Of a stretch of DNA of 27,475 bases, positions 16,619-23,701 are shown piece by piece (position 1 is the stretch's first letter; each line of letters opens with the position of its first letter). The position numbers and the translations under genes are program-made. The stretch is from a virus (taxonomy: Duplodnaviria; Caudoviricetes): positions 1-27,475 of the IMG/VR virus record IMGVR_UViG_3300022915_000008. The stretch is one strand, 5' to 3'. The notes below the pieces were generated by a model. It did not search any database, had not been told where the DNA came from, and saw only the letters and a list, made by a program, of their open reading frames with translations.

Positions 16619-17929
16619 ATGCCCAGAGCGTGGGCCGGTGCTGACCCGGCCAACATCACGGAGATCCCGGGCCCTGGTCAGGTCGGCCTGGAGCACCGCG
16701 CCGAGGTCGACATCACCATCACCCAGATCTGGGTGTGGAGTCACGCGGCGGAGAGCGTAGCGAACCGTAAGGCCTACCTCTGGAACCCGGCCACTCAGCT
16801 CCAGCTGGCGGTCCTGGATCTTCCGGCTGAGCTTCCGGCGGGCTGGTCTGGCCACGACCTGGTCACGCCAGTGGTGCGGACCGCCGGTCAGCGCTGGGTT
16901 GTGTCGTTCAACTGTGGCAACCGGTACGGCTCCACCAACGGCAACCTGACGGTGGACCGGCCCAGTTCTGACGGCGCGGTCACCACGCTGGCCACGGGCA
17001 ACGCCACCAACGGCAACGGCCTGTTCACCGCGTCTACGACCGGCTTCCCCAACAACACGTTCGGCGCCAACCGGTACGGCGCTGACGTCGGTTACGAGCT
17101 GGGCACCGGCGAGACACACGCGCCGGTCATTCACTCCGTTGAGGTGGGCACCGAACAGCTGGAAGCCACGATCATCATCGAGGCGACCGATGAGGACGGC
17201 GGGACGCTGACCTACACGGTGGCCTGGGGGGACGGGCAGACCAGCACCGGCACGGCGGCCACGTTCTCGCACACGTACGCGCTCGCGGGCGCGTACCCGA
17301 TCCTGGTCAAGGTCACCGACCCCACCACGCTGTCCGCCTTCTCGGCCGCGCTGGCGATCGTCTCGGCGCCGGTCTCGATCGTCGGCGATCCACTCGTGAT
17401 GCCGCTGGCCCGTGAGTTGCTGGCCTGCTATGAGGACGAGTTGGCCAAGCTGGGGGACGACGCTCCGGCGTCCATCGGGATCAGGCCTGGCACGGTGGTG
17501 GAGTTCCTGCTGTCGATGTCGGATGACGAGTGCTGCTCCGGCCTGGCCTGGGTCCGCCCGGCCCGGTTCTTCCCCAGTTCGGCCAGCTTCCCGAACCAGG
17601 ACACCGTCGCACAGAAGCAGGGCACCCGAGCCTGGGCTGTCGTACTGGAGATGGGCGTGGTTCGATGCGCGCCCACACCGGGCCCGGAGTCCATCCCGTC
17701 GAACGCCGAGTGGGACGCGGTGACTCAGGCCGTGATGGATGCTGCGGCTGCGATGCGCCGTGCGATTTGCTGCTGGATCGCCATGGACCCGGTCCGGCGT
17801 AAGCAGCAGATCCTCCCCGGTGAGTGGTCACCGGTAGCGGTTCAGGGTGGCTGTGTCGGCGGGGTGCTGCCGGTGACGATCATGGGTCCGGCGTGTGACT
17901 GCGCGGACGCTGGCGCGTCCTCGTCCTGA
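16619..17929 (+). CDS. tail terminator/connector-like protein with N-terminal DUF4082-like and PKD domains
   Basis: N-terminal ...GWSG..L.TPV...NG.F....GFP......NRYGADV; PKD motif YTVAWGDG...SHTYA..G.Y.I.V.VTD; C-terminal C.GLAWVR..LEMGVVRC..QGGC.GG. Confidence 0.65.
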   Translation: MPRAWAGADPANITEIPGPGQVGLEHRAEVDITITQIWVWSHAAESVANRKAYLWNPATQLQLAVLDLPAELPAGWSGHDLVTPVVRTAGQRWVVSFNCGNRYGSTNGNLTVDRPSSDGAVTTLATGNATNGNGLFTASTTGFPNNTFGANRYGADVGYELGTGETHAPVIHSVEVGTEQLEATIIIEATDEDGGTLTYTVAWGDGQTSTGTAATFSHTYALAGAYPILVKVTDPTTLSAFSAALAIVSAPVSIVGDPLVMPLARELLACYEDELAKLGDDAPASIGIRPGTVVEFLLSMSDDECCSGLAWVRPARFFPSSASFPNQDTVAQKQGTRAWAVVLEMGVVRCAPTPGPESIPSNAEWDAVTQAVMDAAAAMRRAICCWIAMDPVRRKQQILPGEWSPVAVQGGCVGGVLPVTIMGPACDCADAGASSS

Positions 17930-18036
17930 ACAGCAGGAAGCCCCGGGGGGATCGCACCACCCGGGGCCACCGCCCATCTATCTCGACTTTAAAGCCATGA
18001 CTTTCAAGATCGCAAGAGCCAGGTAGCCTCAGCGAC

Positions 18037-18444
18037 ATGAGCTACAGGCTGCACCTGGACTACCCGGCGCTGAACGCCGAGGGGATGAGGGTCGCCCGGC
18101 GGTTGGTAACCCGAGTGACCCGCCGGACGCTGAACCGGTCCGCTGTGCTGTGCCCGGTGGACACGGGTTACCTACGCGCCAGCGGCACGATGAGTGTCAG
18201 GGAGCGCGGCCTGGTCGTGGTCGGCGAGGTGGCCTACACCGCGAACTACGCTGCCGCCGTGCACGAGGGGCGGCGCGCGCTGACCATCCGGGCCAAGGGA
18301 AACGGCCGACTCCGGTTCGTCGTGGATGGCAAGGTCGTGTTCGCCCGGGAGGTCCACCAACCCGCTCGCGCCGGTCGGCCGTTCCTCTCCACTGCTCTGC
18401 GGGAGGTCGCAGTCGGGGAGGGCATGCGGGTCAGCATCGGCTGA
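18037..18444 (+). CDS. HK97 gp10-like tail completion/neck protein
   Basis: CPVDTGYLRAS...YAAAVHEG...RPFL..AL signature. Confidence 0.85.
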   Translation: MSYRLHLDYPALNAEGMRVARRLVTRVTRRTLNRSAVLCPVDTGYLRASGTMSVRERGLVVVGEVAYTANYAAAVHEGRRALTIRAKGNGRLRFVVDGKVVFAREVHQPARAGRPFLSTALREVAVGEGMRVSIG

Positions 18445-18477
18445 GATGTCCGACTTCAAGGTGGTAGGGTGACAGCC

Positions 18478-18918
18478 ATGACGACCGAACAGACTGAGCC
18501 CGCCGGTCCGGATCCGGAGGACCGGGTCGAGCTGCCGGTGATGCTGGGTGACCGTGAGATCTACGTACGCAGACCCACGGCCGAACAGCTCCTGGCCTGG
18601 CAGCGGGTAGTGACCCGGCTTAGCGACGCACCAATCGACGCATCGTGGACCGGTACCGAGATTCTCGGCGCGATGGAGAGGATGCTTCGGATCGTCAACA
18701 GCCTGATGGTCAACAAGGCTGACGTGGTCTGGATGGACGACCGATTCCTGGACGGCACTCTGGACTTCGCCAAGGTGACACCGTTCATCACCGCCGTGGT
18801 CGACGCGTTCAAGGACCACGCGGACGCGCAGCTGGCCGAGCACGGCACGCGGCCGGAGAAGCGCGCCGCGAAGAAGGCCGCCCCCAAGAAGGCTACGAGG
18901 AAGGCGCCCGTCCGATGA
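18478..18918 (+). CDS. tail assembly chaperone
   Basis: Size, position and VRRPT.EQL motif; TAGGGT 7 nt upstream of ATG 18478 (alternative GTG 18469). Confidence 0.6.
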   Translation: MTTEQTEPAGPDPEDRVELPVMLGDREIYVRRPTAEQLLAWQRVVTRLSDAPIDASWTGTEILGAMERMLRIVNSLMVNKADVVWMDDRFLDGTLDFAKVTPFITAVVDAFKDHADAQLAEHGTRPEKRAAKKAAPKKATRKAPVR

Positions 18919-19259
18919 TGTCCAGCAACCATCCGATCAACGTCCTGGGGACCCGCGAGCACGCTGAGGCGATCACCGCACACCGGCACTCGGGCGTGTA
19001 CTCGGCCTTACAGTGGCTGACGTTCTCACACCTCCCCGAATCGCTTCAGGCCTTCTCGCGGCCGTTCTACCAGACCGCCGTCGAGCTGATCACTACGGTC
19101 CGGACCGACTCACCTGAGCTAACCACCGCGCTGAACAAGCTGATCGAGGCCAAGGACGCGGCTGTCCGGGCGGGCATCATCAGCCAGCACGGTGTGCCCG
19201 GTTCGGTGCCGCGTCCTGCGGCCGTGGTCTCTCCCCCGTACCTGGCGGACCCGGCATGA
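18915..19259 (+). CDS. conserved small helical phage protein (HLP..LQ..S.PF...KL.EAKD.AVRA family); possible Acb2/Tad1-like hairpin
   Basis: Motif recognition only; ATGA overlaps at both ends. Confidence 0.7.
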   Translation: MMSSNHPINVLGTREHAEAITAHRHSGVYSALQWLTFSHLPESLQAFSRPFYQTAVELITTVRTDSPELTTALNKLIEAKDAAVRAGIISQHGVPGSVPRPAAVVSPPYLADPA

Positions 19260-19262
19260 GCG
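19241..19262 (+). repeat. 22-bp direct repeat, copy 1
   Basis: CCTGGCGGACCCGGCATGAGCG, identical to 19633-19654. Confidence 0.95.
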
Positions 19263-19651
19263 TTCTCCTGGGGACGATCAACGACATGATGAGCGAGCTG
19301 GACCCCGGCGAACACAACCAGGTCAGCGACGGGTACCACACGTTCGGGGAGCTGTACGACCACCGGCGCGCGCTGACCGCCGTCCTGGCCGGGGCCGCCG
19401 CGAGCGGTGGCGACTCCTGGCGGAGCAAGGCCCATCACCCGGACGACTCGCCCATGTTCGAGGGCGGGTACTTCATCGTGGGGATCGTCCTGCCCAACGG
19501 CGTGATCACGTACCACTACAAGCTCTCGCACTGGGACGATTTCTGTTCGGTGCCCGAACTGGAGCACGCGCCCAAGTGGGACGGGGCTCCGCCGAGCGCG
19601 ACCGTGGACCGGCTCCTGGAGCTGGCCCGGAGCCTGGCGGACCCGGCATGA
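19256..19651 (+). CDS. WDGH-domain-like protein
   Basis: SDGYHTF.ELY.HR...W.SK.H...MF...FIVGI..P.G.ITYHY...WD.F...E...AP.WDG. Confidence 0.8.
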   Translation: MSVLLGTINDMMSELDPGEHNQVSDGYHTFGELYDHRRALTAVLAGAAASGGDSWRSKAHHPDDSPMFEGGYFIVGIVLPNGVITYHYKLSHWDDFCSVPELEHAPKWDGAPPSATVDRLLELARSLADPA

Positions 19652-19654
19652 GCG
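19633..19654 (+). repeat. 22-bp direct repeat, copy 2
   Basis: Identical to 19241-19262. Confidence 0.95.
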
Positions 19655-19845
19655 AATACAGCGAGATCGAAGCCGACCCGGGTGACGCGGAGGGTCGGGT
19701 GCTGAGCACGTTGGCGAACGGCATGCCGTACGTGTTCATCGTCGCTACTGAGCTCGAACCGCTCAGTCTCCGGATCGGCACCGAACACAGCGTAGGAACG
19801 ATCCGGGCCCTGTTGACCCAGACTCTCCGGGCGCTGCCGGAATGA
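19648..19845 (+). CDS. hypothetical protein (65 aa)
   Basis: ATGA overlaps at both ends. Confidence 0.65.
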   Translation: MSEYSEIEADPGDAEGRVLSTLANGMPYVFIVATELEPLSLRIGTEHSVGTIRALLTQTLRALPE

Positions 19846-19976
19846 ACAGCCGGGGAGAGCGGACCCAGGCGCGCGCTGCTTCCCGGCGGTTGGCCAACAT
19901 CCGGCGGCAGGTAGCTGAGAAGCTGCGCCGGGACCAGCGCGCCGAGGAGAAGAAGCGATCCGCTGGTGGACGTTGA
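19842..19976 (+). CDS. small basic helical protein (44 aa)
   Basis: MNSRGERTQARAASRRLANIRRQ...; fills the gap with overlaps at both ends. Confidence 0.5.
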   Translation: MNSRGERTQARAASRRLANIRRQVAEKLRRDQRAEEKKRSAGGR

Positions 19977-20619
19977 CCCGATCGCGTCAATGCGGTGCTG
20001 GCCGATCGCGATGGAACTGGGCGGCCGGGAGTTCGACATCCCGGCCCTGCCCGCTGCCGACTGGTGGCCGGTCATCGTGGACGCGAACATCGCCGGGATT
20101 CTTGACCTGATCGGGTCAAGTCCTGACGTGGAAGACATGCTGATGGACGGCCGCATCACCGCAGATGAGCTGGCACAGGTGATGCGGGATGTTGTTGAGC
20201 AGGTGTCTGGCCGATCGCTTCACGTCGCGTTCGTCATCGCCAGTGTGGCAACCGGGTCGTGGCCGTTGATCGGTGGACAGCTGGCCCAGACCGGATTCCG
20301 GTGGGACGTGCAGCCAATCGGGGCTGCACTCGACGCGCTGTACGTCATCCTCAGCGCGTCGATGAAAGACGACGAGGCCAGGGCCAAGTTCGACGCCCTA
20401 CTGGATAACGAGGCGCTGACCGGCGGTAAGCCGTCATCGAGGAACAAAGACAAGATCACGGCCGAGTTCGAGACGATGGCCGGGCCACGTCCAACCCCAG
20501 CTCCTTTGCCCGGGAAAGCCACCGACGCGCCGTCCGATAGTCCACGGCCCAGAACTCGGACACGGCCCCGGCCGCCCCGCCAGAGCGGCCCCGCTGGCGT
20601 GCCCAAGCCGCGACCCTGA
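19966..20619 (+). CDS. second tail assembly chaperone (pre-tape-measure protein)
   Basis: F.IPALPAADW...V.QVSGR...A motif; last rightward gene before the tape measure; GAGGAG RBS. Confidence 0.6.
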   Translation: MDVDPIASMRCWPIAMELGGREFDIPALPAADWWPVIVDANIAGILDLIGSSPDVEDMLMDGRITADELAQVMRDVVEQVSGRSLHVAFVIASVATGSWPLIGGQLAQTGFRWDVQPIGAALDALYVILSASMKDDEARAKFDALLDNEALTGGKPSSRNKDKITAEFETMAGPRPTPAPLPGKATDAPSDSPRPRTRTRPRPPRQSGPAGVPKPRP

Positions 20620-20929
20620 CCACTCGTTCAAAGTGGTCGTCCGGCCAGCTACGCGTACCGCTCGGGCGCGGCCGGGCCAGCATCCGGTACTGAGCCTCAC
20701 CCTCCCCGAGAAGCACGCTCGCGGTCACGCTGGCTATCTGCCGGATGGGGAGCTGGGACAGCACCGTGGCGGTGATGGGCTGATCGTCGCGGGACCGAAC
20801 GATCAGCTCAGTGACGGCGGGACGTTCGGAGTTGCCGGACAAGCGCACCTGAACCCGCCACGGAAACATCGGGTCGTCCAGGACGACTGTGTCTCCGAGG
20901 TTCGAGAGCTGGGCGCGTGAGACATCCAT
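20456..20929 (-). CDS. HTH DNA-binding protein (DUF6214-like)
   Basis: ITATVL.QLPI and a C-terminal AVSEFWAVDYRTARRWLSRAKELGL HTH; TAGGCT 6 nt before the ATG. Confidence 0.75.
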   Translation of the reverse strand: MDVSRAQLSNLGDTVVLDDPMFPWRVQVRLSGNSERPAVTELIVRSRDDQPITATVLSQLPIRQIASVTASVLLGEGEAQYRMLARPRPSGTRSWPDDHFERVVRVAAWARQRGRSGGAAGAVSEFWAVDYRTARRWLSRAKELGLDVARPSSRTRP

Positions 20930-21001
20930 GTGGACAGCCTAGACCAGATGCCCTCCCTGATCCGGTGGCCGTGACACCTGGCGGACATCTAGGCTGGTGG
21001 C

Positions 21002-23689
21002 GTGGCAGAAGTAGGTTCAGCGACCGTCGAGGTCACCGGGGACGTCCGTGGATTCGCCCGGCAGACCAAGCGGGACCTGGACCGCGCCCTCAACCGGGTG
21101 GACCGCGATACCAACAGCCGGTTCGGATCGATCGGTAAGAACTCCGTCAGATCCTTCTCCAAGAGCCTGAGCGATGGACTGTCCGGTCTCGCGGGTTTGC
21201 TGCGCCCGGCGCTCATCACAGCCGGACTCGGCATCGCGGCCGGGCTCGCGGCAGTGATCGGACCGGCCATCGGCGCCTTGATCGCATCGTCGATCATCGC
21301 GGCCGGTGGGCTGGGCCTGATCGGGTTCGGGGCGTTCCTGCTCCGTGAGGAACCCGGACTGAAGGACGCCGCCGGGAAGCTGGCCGATACGGTGAAAAAG
21401 ACGTTCACCGACGCGGCTCAGCCGATCCTCAAGCCACTGATCGGCGCGCTGAACACGTTCCGAGATCTGGCCGTGAAGATCGGGCCGGAGGTGAAGGGGG
21501 CGTTCAAGGACATCGCCCCCGCGATCGAGCCGTTCGCCAAGGGACTGGCCGGTCTGGTCCAGAAGACACTCCCTGGGTTCCGCGACCTGATCCGGTCGGC
21601 TGCTCCGTTCCTAGCAGGGATGGCGGCCGTCCTCCCCGGACTGGGCACCGACTTCTCCACATTCTTCTCGTCCATCGCGAACAGCGGACCGGCCGCAACG
21701 ATCTTCTTCCAGGACTTCATTCAAGGCCTGGGCAATATGATCGTCGCGTCCGGCAATGCCATTCAATGGCTGGCCAAGACGTACGTGGCCGTAAAGGAAT
21801 TCTTCGGTGGATTCGGGCCGGGCTTCTTCGGTCGCGCGGTCGTCGCCATCAGGTCCCTTGTCACCGACGGATTCGATTACGTCGTCGCGCACATCCCGCA
21901 ATTGATCGACGGATTCCTGGCCCTGAAGACCATGGTCCTTAACGCCGTCCTTCAGTTGGTCCTGGGTATCGCGAACGCCCTGCCTAAGATCCTCCCCGCG
22001 ATCGCGAGCACGCTGGTCCAGGTAGTGACCGGCCTGGTCACCGGGCTGGTGGCTGCGGCTCCCCGGATCATCGCCGCAGCCGGGGAGCTGATCAACGGGC
22101 TGGTCGACGGGATCGTCAAGGCGCTACCGATCCTGATCCCGGCGATCGCACAGATCGCGATCACCCTGGTTCAGGGACTGGTCGGGTTGATCCCGAGCAT
22201 CATCGACGCCGGAATCCGTCTGGTCCAGGGCCTGACTGAAGGGATCCTCGGCGCGCTGCCTCAGCTGGCGATGGCGCTGATCACGGCGATCCCACAGATC
22301 TTGTCGTCGCTGATCTCTGCCATTCCTCAGCTGTTGCTGCTGGGGACGAACCTGGTTCTCGCGCTGGTTCAGGGAATCGCAAACGCTCTGCCGCAGTTGC
22401 TGTCTACGATTCAGACCCAGGTCATTCCGGCTCTGCTAGACGCGTTGCGGACCCAGGGACCGCAGCTGATACAGCAGGGCGCCGAAGCTCTCCGGACATT
22501 CATGCAAGGTTGGATCGACAACATCGGTTCGATCGCCAGCATAATCTCCGGGTCGATCGTCCCGGCGATCGCACAGTTCTTCCAGAACGCGCCGCAATGG
22601 CTGACGGCCGGTGGGGAGATCCTCCGTTCATTGGCGAACGGATTGGTCCAGAACATCGGCATGCTGTTGCAATTCATCAGTGGCACTCTGTTGCCTCGGA
22701 TCACCACGGCGCTTCAGAACAACCCGGGCATAATCCAATCCGGCGTGAACATCCTGGTCAACATCCTTCAGGGGATGATCAGTGCGTCCACCCAGATCAT
22801 GACGTTCGTGACCGGCACGCTGATCCCCGCCCTGGTCGGCGTGATCGTCGCCAACGCCCCAGCGCTGATCAGCGCTGGGCTGCAACTGATGGCAGCCCTG
22901 GGGGCGGCGTTCGTGCGGGCCATCCCCTCGATCCTGCGTGGCATCATCCAGCTGAACGCGGCAATCGTGAACGGCGTGTTGTCGGCGACCGCCGCTCTGG
23001 TCGTCGCGGGCGTCAAGCTGATGGCGTCGTTCGCCTCATCGATCATCTCGGCGGGCGTTACCAAGGTCCGGTCCGCGATCACCACAGTCAGGGGCGCGAT
23101 CGTCAGCGCGGCGAGTTCTGCCGGATCGTGGCTGCTGTCCGCCGGTAAGTCCGTGATCAACGGACTCATCTCCGGCATCTCTTCGATGATCGGGGCTGTC
23201 AAGTCCAGGATCGGTTCGATCAGGAGTGCCGTCACTGGAGCGTTCGTCGGTGCCGCTGGATGGCTGGTCAGCGCGGGCAGCTCGATCATCAACGGCCTGA
23301 TCTCCGGTATCCAGTCCGGGTTCGATCGGGTGCGTGGCCTGCTCAGTTCATTGACGTCGATGCTCCCCGATTGGAAGGGCCCGGCCGAGGTGGACCGGGA
23401 GATCTTGCGGGACTCGGGCCGGATGGTCATGCAAGGGTTCGAGTCCGGACTGAACGATCAGATCTCCTCGATCCGCAAGACGCTGGGGTCGGTGACTGGC
23501 GACCTGCCTGGGTTCACCACCCCGGGCTCCCGGGGAGGTGACGGGAGCAGCGCGGCCAATCCCTCCGGTGGCCGGACCTCTACCGTGACGATCATGCCGG
23601 GTGCCATCGTGATCCAGGGAAGCGGAGAGAAGGCGGGGCGCGAGGCGGCCGAAGCCGTGCTCGAAGCACTCGCGAACGCACAGGGCTGA
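21002..23689 (+). CDS. tape measure protein
   Basis: MAEVGSATVEV.GD..GF start, long amphipathic LPQ/IPQ repeats, C-terminal LPDWKGP..VD..IL..SG..VM.GF. Confidence 0.92.
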   Translation: MAEVGSATVEVTGDVRGFARQTKRDLDRALNRVDRDTNSRFGSIGKNSVRSFSKSLSDGLSGLAGLLRPALITAGLGIAAGLAAVIGPAIGALIASSIIAAGGLGLIGFGAFLLREEPGLKDAAGKLADTVKKTFTDAAQPILKPLIGALNTFRDLAVKIGPEVKGAFKDIAPAIEPFAKGLAGLVQKTLPGFRDLIRSAAPFLAGMAAVLPGLGTDFSTFFSSIANSGPAATIFFQDFIQGLGNMIVASGNAIQWLAKTYVAVKEFFGGFGPGFFGRAVVAIRSLVTDGFDYVVAHIPQLIDGFLALKTMVLNAVLQLVLGIANALPKILPAIASTLVQVVTGLVTGLVAAAPRIIAAAGELINGLVDGIVKALPILIPAIAQIAITLVQGLVGLIPSIIDAGIRLVQGLTEGILGALPQLAMALITAIPQILSSLISAIPQLLLLGTNLVLALVQGIANALPQLLSTIQTQVIPALLDALRTQGPQLIQQGAEALRTFMQGWIDNIGSIASIISGSIVPAIAQFFQNAPQWLTAGGEILRSLANGLVQNIGMLLQFISGTLLPRITTALQNNPGIIQSGVNILVNILQGMISASTQIMTFVTGTLIPALVGVIVANAPALISAGLQLMAALGAAFVRAIPSILRGIIQLNAAIVNGVLSATAALVVAGVKLMASFASSIISAGVTKVRSAITTVRGAIVSAASSAGSWLLSAGKSVINGLISGISSMIGAVKSRIGSIRSAVTGAFVGAAGWLVSAGSSIINGLISGIQSGFDRVRGLLSSLTSMLPDWKGPAEVDREILRDSGRMVMQGFESGLNDQISSIRKTLGSVTGDLPGFTTPGSRGGDGSSAANPSGGRTSTVTIMPGAIVIQGSGEKAGREAAEAVLEALANAQG

Positions 23690-23701
23690 CGGGGAGCGAC
23701 C

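Noticed and set aside
20512-20518. GGGAAAG, the lambda G/GT slippery heptamer, in the pre-TMP chaperone
   Set aside because: It is read as GGG AAA G, not in the X XXY YYZ phase required for -1 slippage. No slippery site was found at the end of 18478..18918 either, so the chaperones look like separate genes.
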